Shown here in pieces: positions 9,363 through 17,396 of a DNA stretch of 32,000 bases. Location of the stretch: the NCBI GenBank assembly GCA_001766815.1, contig LYOS01000002.1, positions 60,001-92,000 on the forward strand. Direction: 5' to 3'. The position numbers were made by a program, and so were the translations under genes. The stretch comes from Candidatus Syntropharchaeum caldarium (lineage in GTDB: Archaea; Halobacteriota; Syntropharchaeia; Syntropharchaeales; Syntropharchaeaceae). The notes beneath the pieces are model-generated. The model saw only the letters and a program-made list of their open reading frames with translations, had not been told where the DNA came from and searched no databases. Each line of letters begins with the position of its first letter. Position 1 is the stretch's first letter.

Positions 9363-9619
9363 ATGATCTTCGATTTTCACATGGAAACCTTTAGAAGAGA
9401 GGTTTTTGAAAGTGAAGAGATTATGGAAACTTTTGTTGCAGAAGGGGTAGTGTAATGAAGTTCCCAAAAGATGCATAGGCGAAAGGTCATAAAAATGGGA
9501 CTAAAACTCCTTTAACCATGCCTAACCATGATAGGATAAAAGGTTCGAGACTGAGAGTTATTTGCAGGCAATCAGGTATAAAGTGGGAGGAGTTTTTAAA
9601 AGCTTATGAAGAAACATGA
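9363..9619 (+). pseudogene. hicA-like toxin remnant (frameshifted, in-frame TAG)
   Basis: The C-terminal frame reads KGHKNGTKTPLTMPNHDRIKGSRLRVICRQSGIKWEEFLKAY, matching the HicA pattern GSH..(8-10)..P.H...lk.GTl..Il.q.Gi..eeF. The N-terminal part (EEIMETFVAEGVV) is in another frame, ending TAA at 9453-9455. TAG at 9476-9478 interrupts the second frame. Confidence 0.45.
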
Positions 9620-9629
9620 GCAACTTCGC

Positions 9630-9713
9630 ATAACAGCGTGTATCTGGCTCCGTGCCTTAGGCACTCCGCTCAAATTCCACCTGCGGGAACTTCGGATACA
9701 CTCGGAACGTTAT
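9630..9713 (+). repeat. Intergenic repeat copy A (84 nt, bounded by ATAAC...GTTAT)
   Basis: Shares ATAACAGCGT(G/C)TATCTGGCT, TTCGGATAC and CGTTATATGAAAT with copy C, and C(T/C)CAAATT(C/G)C(A/C)C..GGGAACTTC..CGTTAT with copy B. Internal complementary boxes are GTGTATC (9638-9644) and GATACAC (9695-9701), plus hairpin GTGCC-TTA-GGCAC (9652-9664). Confidence 0.6.
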
Positions 9714-9821
9714 ATGAAATTGAAAAGGGGGCTTTGGCTTTTTTAGTGGTTGATGTTTGGCTTATTGCTTATAGCAAGTATTTTATAGCAATTGCTACAC
9801 AATGTATAGCAGGCGATATAG

Positions 9822-10121
9822 ATGACAACACAGATAAATGTCAAGTTAGAAGAACAGTTGCTTAGAGAAGTTGATGCTTTAACTAAAGTATTGCACATTT
9901 CCCGAAGCGAATGGCTCAGGAATAAAATCGCGTACGCTGTGAAAGAAGAAGCACTTCATCTTAGAGAAGCTATTGTGATGGAATATGCAAGAGGGCATAT
10001 CACTGAGGAAGAACTTGAGGAGTTGTTAGGTGCTGATGCAGAGGATGTTGAATATATTTTAAGGAAGGTCCAGGAGGGGAAGGGCAGGGTTGATGAGATG
10101 TTGAAGAAGTGTAACATATGA
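9822..10121 (+). CDS. Ribbon-helix-helix (CopG/VapB-like) antitoxin
   Basis: 99-aa ORF. The N-terminal TTQINVKLEEQLLREVDALTKVLHISRSEWLRNKIAYAV is a typical RHH (beta strand plus two helices). There is a 4-nt ATGA overlap with the downstream PIN-like gene. Confidence 0.7.
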   Translation: MTTQINVKLEEQLLREVDALTKVLHISRSEWLRNKIAYAVKEEALHLREAIVMEYARGHITEEELEELLGADAEDVEYILRKVQEGKGRVDEMLKKCNI

Positions 10122-10585
10122 AGGTGACCTTTGGATTCGATACATCTGCTTTGGTATCATTAGGACATACAGGTTTAGTAGAGGAGATAGTTAATACATG
10201 TAACATCGTTGTCACGGAAAGTATCTTGGATGAATTATACGACATAGGGAATTGGGGTGACCTAGATGCTAAATCAGCCAAAATGTGGTTAAAATGCTTA
10301 GGAGATTTAGATGTAAGATATTCTGAAAGACGAGAAAACGCAGAAGACGAGTTATTTATCATTTGCAACCAGGAAGGTATACCTATAGTGATTGATGACA
10401 TTAAAGCATTTAAGAGGTTTGATGGCCTGATTGAGTGCTTATTCAGCGTTCATATAGTGTATTTCTTATACAAGAGCAACAAGATTACTCGGGAGAGTGC
10501 CTTGCTTTCTATTGAAAAGATGAGGGTAGAAAGAGATTGGAAAAGAAACATAATAGCGCTTACTGGGTGGATACTCTTTGAGTAA
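10118..10585 (+). CDS. PIN-domain-like toxin (VapC-like)
   Basis: 155-aa ORF, translationally coupled to the RHH gene. Acidic residues sit at PIN-like positions (FGFDTSAL, TESILDEL, NAEDELF, PIVIDDIKA). Confidence 0.55.
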   Translation: MKVTFGFDTSALVSLGHTGLVEEIVNTCNIVVTESILDELYDIGNWGDLDAKSAKMWLKCLGDLDVRYSERRENAEDELFIICNQEGIPIVIDDIKAFKRFDGLIECLFSVHIVYFLYKSNKITRESALLSIEKMRVERDWKRNIIALTGWILFE

Positions 10586-10587
10586 TC

Positions 10588-10708
10588 ATAACCCGCTCAA
10601 GCCAAAGCCATTTCCCCTTTCAACTCTGCGGAAACCTTCGGTTTCCTCGCCTTCGCTACGCTACGCCCAAATTGCCCTCGGGAACTTCTTTTATCCGCAA
10701 TCCGTTAT
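10588..10708 (+). repeat. Intergenic repeat copy B (121 nt, bounded by ATAAC...GTTAT)
   Basis: Starts 3 nt after the PIN stop codon. Its 3' half aligns with copy A (CCCAAATTGCCCTCGGGAACTTC...CCGTTAT). It contains the hairpin GGAAACC-TTC-GGTTTCC (10630-10646) and AAGCCAAAGCCATTTCCCCTTTCAA (10599-10623), which is the inverted counterpart of 9719-9740. Confidence 0.5.
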
Positions 10709-10777
10709 GCGCCATCGGCTTTAGAGGCCCAAGGCAAAAGTATTTTTATGTTGGGTAATCAAAGAGGTGATTGAGAG

Positions 10778-11146
10778 ATGTCGAATATCATCGAGTGGTA
10801 TATAGCGGTCATAGTTGCTTTTCCTACCATCCTCATGCTTGCAGATGCGTATATTGGGTATAAAAAGGGTGGAAGTGCCCTTAAGGGAATATCCGGTTTT
10901 CGCAGAGCCATCATAGCTCTTACTGTAATTTTAATCCTTGGCATAGCCGTCTTTCACCTACTTGTCAATGATACTGATTCTAACTCCAGAGCAGTGGTCA
11001 ACAACATTCTGAGCATGCTTGCAGGACTCGTTTCTGCCATCGCTGGATTTTACTTCGGAGGTAGATTTACAGAAAAGAGAGCTGAAGATGCGGAGAGAAG
11101 GGCGAAAGGGGTTGAAGAAAGAGCAAGGAAAGCTGAGGAAGAGTAG
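10778..11146 (+). CDS. Small membrane protein with charged C-terminal helix, function unknown
   Basis: 122-aa ORF with SD-like GAGGTGA 8 nt upstream, about 3 hydrophobic helices, then AEDAERRAKGVEERARKAEEE. Confidence 0.5.
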   Translation: MSNIIEWYIAVIVAFPTILMLADAYIGYKKGGSALKGISGFRRAIIALTVILILGIAVFHLLVNDTDSNSRAVVNNILSMLAGLVSAIAGFYFGGRFTEKRAEDAERRAKGVEERARKAEEE

Positions 11147-11165
11147 AAATGTTTCGTTGACGCGT

Positions 11166-11221
11166 ATAACAGCGTCTATCTGGCTTTGGCTTACGCTTTC
11201 GGATACCCCGCCGCCCGTTAT
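11166..11221 (+). repeat. Intergenic repeat copy C (56 nt, bounded by ATAAC...GTTAT)
   Basis: ATAACAGCGTCTATCTGGCT has 19/20 identity to copy A. The 3' block CGTTATATGAAAT is 13/13 identical to copy A, and the centre is deleted relative to A. It contains the decamer GCTTTGGCTT (11183-11192), also found at 9731-9740 and inverted at 10599-10608. Confidence 0.55.
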
Positions 11222-11267
11222 ATGAAATGCGAACGAGCCAAATGAAATGTTATTAAAGGTTTAAATC

Positions 11268-11459
11268 ATGAATATGAGAAAAAGTGAAATAATCGTCCTG
11301 GGGATAATTCTTTTCTCCTTCATCGTTGGTATTTATTTTTATCCTCAGATGCCAGAGCAGATGGCATCGCACTGGAATGCTCAGGGACAGATGGATGGAT
11401 ATATGTCAAAATTCTGGGGATTGTTCCTGATGCCGCTGATCTCTGTGGCACTATTTTAA
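11268..11459 (+). pseudogene. Truncated SdpI/DUF1648-like membrane protein (N-terminal fragment only)
   Basis: 63-aa ORF. YPQMPEQMASHWNAQGQMDGYMSKFWGLFLMP matches the DUF1648/SdpI N-terminal pattern (P..hP.HWn..G..DgY..K). The ORF stops inside the second TM helix. Confidence 0.45.
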
Positions 11460-11517
11460 TATCGTACTACCAAGACTTAAATCTATCCTGAATTAACTAA
11501 TTCCTCAGGAGAGAAGG

Positions 11518-12069
11518 ATGATTGCTGTTGTGATGGCAGGCGGTAAAGCTACAAGGCTTGGATGTGTGGAAAAACCAATGGTTAAGCTTGGAGGCATTCC
11601 ACTTATAGACCATGTCATGCGCCCGCTCATTGAACTGGATATTGAGACCATTGTTGCTGTATCGAAGAATACACAGGATACGACCGTCTACTGTCAGCGA
11701 TCAAATTATGAGGTCGTGATGACATCGGGAAATGATTACCACGAGGATCTATTCCATCTCACAGAACAGTTCGGTGCGATCCTTACGATTGTATCAGATA
11801 TCCCTTTCCTGACTCCTGCTCACATCAAGGCGATTTTAAAGGCAGATCGAATGAGAGATTCTGTTGTTGGATGCACGATGGTGCATGATGTGATCACGCC
11901 TTTTGGACTCAACATCGTTGATGGAACCACGGATCGCTATCTGCTTTTTGATGATTATTATGTCGGTATCAATATCAACTCACAGGAAGATCTTGATCTT
12001 GCAGAAAAGATTTCTGGAGAGGTAGATTACAACCGCACGGTTGGATCAAAGCTTCTTGAGAAGATTTAA
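11518..12069 (+). CDS. cobY: NTP-transferase, CobY-like (adenosylcobinamide-phosphate guanylyltransferase, archaeal type)
   Basis: 183-aa ORF. MIAVVMAGGKATRLGCVEKPMVKLGGIPLIDHV matches the archaeal CobY / MobA-like N-terminus. SD-like GGAGAGAAGG lies upstream. Confidence 0.6.
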   Translation: MIAVVMAGGKATRLGCVEKPMVKLGGIPLIDHVMRPLIELDIETIVAVSKNTQDTTVYCQRSNYEVVMTSGNDYHEDLFHLTEQFGAILTIVSDIPFLTPAHIKAILKADRMRDSVVGCTMVHDVITPFGLNIVDGTTDRYLLFDDYYVGININSQEDLDLAEKISGEVDYNRTVGSKLLEKI

Positions 12070-12104
12070 AAAAGAAAAAATAGTCTGTTTCCAGACCTAT
12101 TTTA
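12070..12104. terminator. Candidate bidirectional terminator between convergent genes
   Basis: Hairpin GTCTG-TTTC-CAGAC (12083-12096) is flanked by an A-run (AAAAAGAAAAAA, giving a T-run on the minus strand) and CTATTTT on the plus strand. Confidence 0.35.
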
Positions 12105-13170
12105 GCTGACCGTACTTCCTGGTTGCTGCAACCATTGCCTCGATGTTTTCATCAGGTGTCTTCACGAAGAAATCGCATCCAGGAGAGACAACATCGATCT
12201 TTGCATTTTCGATGATATTTTTCACCCACGCATCGATCTTATCCGCACTATTCTTCTTCTTGAGAAGTGACATCGTTGGCAGGTTTCCAGCGAGCGCGAC
12301 ACCTGTTCCAGCAGAATCAACACTCTCCCGTGCCTTTACTGCATCGGTCTTCTCATCGATTACAATCATCTTTGCACCAACCTCGGCACAATCTTTCATG
12401 ATTGGCCCGGCTGTACCTGACATTGTAAGAATCTCCATTGGAGATTTTGCAAATATCTCGCTGATTGGTGCTTTGAATAGATCAACAAAGTCCTTTGGTG
12501 AGACATTGTCACAGCAGGCACCGTCTTCCCTGTACACGACATAGTCTGCGCCTGCTTCCTTGTAGATCTTTCCGAGTTCGATCGGAAGATCCAGCACTGC
12601 ATTATAGAACGCCTTCACCTTCTCTGGATCCGTCCTCACCAGCATCATGAACTGGATCGTATCAAGGACGTATCCGAGCAATGTCGTGAAAATTCCCATT
12701 GACCAGACAAATATTGGTACCTCACCATAGTACTTTTCATGGAGTATCTTGAGGGCCTCTGTGATCACAGGAACCCTTCCTGAATTTGCGATATCATCCG
12801 GGATTGTGAGATCAGAGGGCTCCTTAATCTCGACACCATCTTTTGTGAAGCCAGGTCGCAGAACACCTGGCCAGAGGATCTTACCCTTCTTGAGCTGTTT
12901 CTCCCTGAAGTCCACAGCCATACCAAGTATCTCTGCCTCGACTACCGCATCAAATGGCACAACCACACTTTCAAGCCCAAATTTCTCATAAGCCGCGGAA
13001 CCGAGTATAGCCATCTTTTCAGGATCTTTGTGAGCTTCAGGCCATCCTGCATTGAATTCCTTCATCAGGTTCTCTGTGTATGTCCCAACTCCCGGGCAGG
13101 CGCAGGGTATCCGATCGATCTCCCCTTTCTTGCCTTCCAGGATCAACTTCATCCTCTCGTACGAATTCAT
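12097..13170 (-). CDS. Uroporphyrinogen-decarboxylase-family methyltransferase (MtaA/MtbA-like methylcobamide:CoM methyltransferase family)
   Basis: 357-aa ORF of URO-D family length with similar sequence features (SYERMKLILEGKKGEIDRIPCA, VVPFDAVVEAEILG). SD-like GAAGGTGTGA precedes the ATG. The assignment within the family is not resolvable by eye. Confidence 0.7.
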   Translation of the reverse strand: MNSYERMKLILEGKKGEIDRIPCACPGVGTYTENLMKEFNAGWPEAHKDPEKMAILGSAAYEKFGLESVVVPFDAVVEAEILGMAVDFREKQLKKGKILWPGVLRPGFTKDGVEIKEPSDLTIPDDIANSGRVPVITEALKILHEKYYGEVPIFVWSMGIFTTLLGYVLDTIQFMMLVRTDPEKVKAFYNAVLDLPIELGKIYKEAGADYVVYREDGACCDNVSPKDFVDLFKAPISEIFAKSPMEILTMSGTAGPIMKDCAEVGAKMIVIDEKTDAVKARESVDSAGTGVALAGNLPTMSLLKKKNSADKIDAWVKNIIENAKIDVVSPGCDFFVKTPDENIEAMVAATRKYGQLK

Positions 13171-13289
13171 CCTATCACACCTTCATCTCTTTGTTAAACC
13201 ATGTATTTGATTCATAATCTTCTCTGTCGTTTATAAGGATTTGGGTTTGCATCGTTGAAGGCGTGATTAAAAGTAAACTGGGTAAATAG

Positions 13290-14219
13290 TTACAAGAAAA
13301 AAAGATAAACGACGATCGCACACAGCAACAGCAACAGGAGAACTATCATCACATCCGTGCTCTTTATGATAAGCGTCTTCTTATCCTTTAATACACCATC
13401 GAACGGGGCAAGCTTCTCATGCAACCACAGCCTGCTCTTTTCTGTATCTGGGGGTCTAAACGCGGGTAAATTGAAGACAAGAACACCTTTTTTGTGATAT
13501 AGCGCCCATGAATAGTAAACCAGTACAAAGACCGCAAGACCTCCAAAAAGGATGCCGATCATCGCATTGAGGCTGAAGAGTGCATGGAGGAAGATCGCAC
13601 CTATCGGAATAATGAGTATCGGGATCGCTACAAATATCCATGCGGCAGTCTCCTCAAATAGCTCAAACTCATTGGTGATGAATAGCCACCATACAAGATA
13701 AAAAATGAGTGTTACATAATGCGCCACACCTATAGGAAACTCAAGCACGTAGAGAAAGCCAGCCATCGTAAATATCGCAAGGAGCATTGTTTTTGTAGCA
13801 AACTTCGGCGTGACTCCAGGTGCAATTATCTCAGGTGATCTATTTACCTGCTCATCTATCAATGCTGCCACCTTGCGATTTACAAGATCAATCTCTTCTT
13901 TCATCTCATCGATCTCAACCCCAACCTCTGCAACTTTCCGCAGGACCGGCTCAAGCCGACGATAAATCCCCTTCTCAAAAGAGGCATCGATGACCTTTTC
14001 ATAATAGAGAACCTTTCCAAATGTGCGAGTCGCAAATAATCCAACCTCAAAAGCAATGAAGATAAATATGATATCAAGAAGAATGCCCGTTGGGTTAAAC
14101 TCCACAAAAAAATCGATGACAAATGAGTATAATGCGATGAAGAAAAGGATAATACTCGCTGTAAGTGAGCCTACCAGTCCAACTTTATCAGATAAGGATG
14201 TCTTACTCTTAACTTCCAT
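13290..14219 (-). CDS. Polytopic membrane protein with central coiled-coil segment, function unknown
   Basis: 309-aa ORF with multiple hydrophobic helices and a charged segment VAEVGVEIDEMKEEIDLVNRKVAALIDEQ. A minus-strand TATA-like ATATAAATA sits at 14252-14260. Confidence 0.6.
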   Translation of the reverse strand: MEVKSKTSLSDKVGLVGSLTASIILFFIALYSFVIDFFVEFNPTGILLDIIFIFIAFEVGLFATRTFGKVLYYEKVIDASFEKGIYRRLEPVLRKVAEVGVEIDEMKEEIDLVNRKVAALIDEQVNRSPEIIAPGVTPKFATKTMLLAIFTMAGFLYVLEFPIGVAHYVTLIFYLVWWLFITNEFELFEETAAWIFVAIPILIIPIGAIFLHALFSLNAMIGILFGGLAVFVLVYYSWALYHKKGVLVFNLPAFRPPDTEKSRLWLHEKLAPFDGVLKDKKTLIIKSTDVMIVLLLLLLCAIVVYLFFL

Positions 14220-14384
14220 GCCTGCATCACGTCTACTCTTTCATTTCCATCTATTTATATGAACCTTTCTATTTTTCAACTTCCCCCCTTCTTACCAGAA
14301 CCCCACAGCAAAAACTGCTACGATCCAGGCAGAGCCTCCAAACCCTGGCGTTCTCTGCTGCTATAACTCATGAGAACATCGAGA

Positions 14385-14420
14385 TTAAAATAAAATTAAA
14401 AAAGAAGGGATTGACCCTTC
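14385..14420 (-). terminator. Hairpin plus oligo-T terminator of the left cytochrome gene
   Basis: On the minus strand, directly after the TAA stop: GAAGGG-TCAAT-CCCTTC followed by TTTTTTAATTTTATTTTAA. Confidence 0.5.
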
Positions 14421-14422
14421 AC

Positions 14423-15157
14423 TTATGGGTAGGTATAACTTTCCACATAGGCGTTTTCGTAGCCAGACTCTGTCACGTTGTCACCGAGTGCCTGGAAGTT
14501 ATCGACTGTCCACTCGCCATCCTCATCCTCTTCGGCATCGAAATCAAGGACAACATTCTTCGTCCATGAGATGTTGACACCAACGCGGGTATGACATCCA
14601 ATGCATGCCTCGTTCGAGTCGATCATAAGGTCATCATCGATCGCCTGCTGGATGAATGCGTTGTGTGCGGCCTTCGTCCCATTTCTGCCACCGGCATCAT
14701 AGGAGTACTGGTAAGGATCGTTTGTCTCATCGCCGTTGTAATCACCAACACCATCTGGCTGATCGAATCCACCCGCGTGTGGGTAACCACCGAGCCCATC
14801 ATTTCCATACTCATGGCAGATCATACATGCGATCGTCTCTGCTGCGTGCGAGGTCGTACCTGGGGTTGAACCTGAGGTATCACCTGATGCAACACCTGTT
14901 GGCTTCTGCACCTGTGAGGAGTTCACCCTGTGACAGTCACACCCAGGGGATGCAAGGCCTTTGTGCACACCATTATCAGAATCGATCATCTCTGCGTTGA
15001 TATCGCCATGACACTTCACACAGGGTAGCTGGTTTCCATCATCACTCAGGTTATACCAGCTGTGCTGTCCACTGAAGAGTGCTGCTGTCTGTGGGAGTGC
15101 GAATATTCCGATTGCTACGATTGCAACCAGTAGCAGTCCAGTTGTATTCCTTCTCAT
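14423..15157 (-). CDS. Small multihaem c-type cytochrome (3 CxxCH + 1 degenerate CxCH), N-terminal TM/signal anchor
   Basis: 244-aa ORF with strong SD AGGAGGTGA. N-terminus [29 protein letters not shown]. Haem motifs CVKCH, CMICH, CIGCH plus CDCH. Paralogue of 22647-23342. Confidence 0.85.
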   Translation of the reverse strand: MRRNTTGLLLVAIVAIGIFALPQTAALFSGQHSWYNLSDDGNQLPCVKCHGDINAEMIDSDNGVHKGLASPGCDCHRVNSSQVQKPTGVASGDTSGSTPGTTSHAAETIACMICHEYGNDGLGGYPHAGGFDQPDGVGDYNGDETNDPYQYSYDAGGRNGTKAAHNAFIQQAIDDDLMIDSNEACIGCHTRVGVNISWTKNVVLDFDAEEDEDGEWTVDNFQALGDNVTESGYENAYVESYTYP

Positions 15158-15447
15158 CTATCTCACCTCCTTCTCAGTTGTTCAGATTTTGATTTCTGGG
15201 TTTCTCTCGTCTCCAGATTTTTTAGTTTTGAAAGAGGTGGTACGAGATTTTAAATTTTATCGCATCTCTTCCTCTTACCTCTACGTCTATCTACTCGCGT
15301 ATAGTTTATAAAAGAGATGGGTGTGATCATTTAGAAAAAAAGTTAATATTAATGATTAATACTCACTTTTGACCGATTTTAATAAATATAACATAGTTAT
15401 TTCATAATTGTAATAAAAAATCCCTAAGAGATAGTCCGGGACGAAAG

Positions 15448-15936
<489 letters not shown>

Positions 15937-15942
15937 TTAAAA

Positions 15943-16851
15943 CTATACTGTCTCAGATGAGAAATAGATCGTATCACCTGTTTTCAGATCATTGAGAAGT
16001 TCACGGTTTTCTGTCACTGTGCCCACGATGTTACTTGCTTTGAAGTTCTCGCCTGTTGGCCCATATTTTTCACTTGGTTTGAGTCGTATGCCTATCGTCC
16101 CCGCACCTTCTTTTGCCATATTTGTCACACCAATTGTAAAGCTCTCCATCACATCAGGGGTATTCTCTGGCATTATACTCCGCTTATATCCTGCTCGTTC
16201 ATCGAAGAGAACGAACGCACGGTATTTCTTCTTGACGCTCAGTTTTCCAACACCAGCCCTCATAAAGGTTGCATATCTGAAGTAGTGAAGTGTCTGGTCT
16301 ATATTTTCACATAGTTTTATCCTGAGGATCTTATCTGATGATATGCCGTATGTCCTGACCTCTCCTGTTTTAAGAATGGATATCGTATAGACTGGGTTCT
16401 GTTCTACAATGATTGCGTCGTCCTCGATCGCGCCCTCCCGGATTTGATGGATTCCACGCGCACTGAGCATCCTGTATGCCTCCTCCTGTTGCATTCCGAT
16501 CGCCATTATTCGTGGTGGTTCAACAGAAAGCATAACCTCATCGGATGCCTTCAGCCCTTCCAGAACCTCTGTATTCTCCAGTATGCCCACAACATCGTGC
16601 GATCTTGAGGGTAAAACATTGCGTCGATAGATGTAAACATTACCAATGCCATTTCCCGTGTTTCTCACTGTTACAGTGTTACTTGAACGAAAACCTGTGG
16701 GATCGTCACCATTTCCATAGAAATCAGCCGACCCCACGATCTTTACGTACGTATCGTTAATCTCTTCTACCTTCAAAGTTCGATCTGCTACGACGTAGAT
16801 ATAGTCGCTTGCCTCATTCTCACTGATGACCTTCAATCGTATTTCTTTCAT
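15943..16851 (-). CDS. Methanogenesis-marker-like protein of the A2/Mmp7 operon (possibly Mmp3/UPF0288-related; uncertain)
   Basis: 302-aa ORF with a 4-nt ATGA overlap with the upstream gene. Operon context is with AtwA and a McrC/Mmp7-family gene. No motif I can assign firmly. Confidence 0.45.
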   Translation of the reverse strand: MKEIRLKVISENEASDYIYVVADRTLKVEEINDTYVKIVGSADFYGNGDDPTGFRSSNTVTVRNTGNGIGNVYIYRRNVLPSRSHDVVGILENTEVLEGLKASDEVMLSVEPPRIMAIGMQQEEAYRMLSARGIHQIREGAIEDDAIIVEQNPVYTISILKTGEVRTYGISSDKILRIKLCENIDQTLHYFRYATFMRAGVGKLSVKKKYRAFVLFDERAGYKRSIMPENTPDVMESFTIGVTNMAKEGAGTIGIRLKPSEKYGPTGENFKASNIVGTVTENRELLNDLKTGDTIYFSSETV

Positions 16852-17393
16852 GTCTGCAGGCTCTGGAAGACCTGATCAAGTCTTTGTGTACTCAGGACTT
16901 CCTCTGATGCTACCACCAGAAGTGCGTTCTTCTCTTTCTTTACATTCCATATCCTGAACCCCTCTGGCGCCAGTAATTCAAGGAAGGTGATGATATCGTC
17001 GAGAAATTCTTCAGACGGCTCAAATATGACAGATTGCATGAAATCCTCCTCTATCTCGGTCTTTACCAAAATTTCAAGTCTATTTGGCTGTTCCACCATA
17101 CTGCGTCCAAAGGCATCCCAGAGGTATCGAAGCAACGTTGGCGCGTATGTTTCATCCTTTATGCGAAATATCGTCTCTCCATCTTCACTTTCGCTCTCCG
17201 CTATATTTGCTATTGTAACAAATGATCCACGAGCTTCTTTATAGGCAAGACGAGCCGCAAAGACTCCTTCTTCGGGATCAATCTCCATCTCTATCTTATC
17301 TATTTCTACTGGAAAGTCATGTGCTCTGATCTCTGCAACTCTGCGATAGGCATCAGCCCCCTTTGCATCCTGGGATCTTACAATAATATCCAT
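16848..17393 (-). CDS. Methanogenesis-marker-like small acidic protein (Mmp17-like size, or N-terminal part of a split Mmp3; uncertain)
   Basis: 181-aa ORF starting 3 nt after the AtwA stop and overlapping the next gene by 4 nt. Confidence 0.4.
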   Translation of the reverse strand: MDIIVRSQDAKGADAYRRVAEIRAHDFPVEIDKIEMEIDPEEGVFAARLAYKEARGSFVTIANIAESESEDGETIFRIKDETYAPTLLRYLWDAFGRSMVEQPNRLEILVKTEIEEDFMQSVIFEPSEEFLDDIITFLELLAPEGFRIWNVKKEKNALLVVASEEVLSTQRLDQVFQSLQT

Positions 17394-17396
17394 CTT

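Noticed and set aside
9476-9478. The in-frame TAG in the hicA-like ORF might encode pyrrolysine, since the host may be Methanosarcinales-like.
   Set aside because: The gene also needs a frameshift near 9453 to restore a HicA N-terminus. HicA is not a known Pyl protein. A decayed pseudogene is the simpler explanation.
9638-9865. The 75-aa ORF spanning repeat copy A, and the 68-aa ORF at 11019-11225 spanning copy C.
   Set aside because: They run through non-coding repeat sequence. There is no SD or start-codon context and no motif. They overlap better-supported neighbours.
15158-15447. The 290-nt AT-rich spacer between ribC and the left cytochrome gene, as a possible ncRNA or riboswitch.
   Set aside because: It contains several TATA-like stretches and a T-run after ribC, consistent with terminator plus promoter. 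I could find no conserved-looking stem structure.
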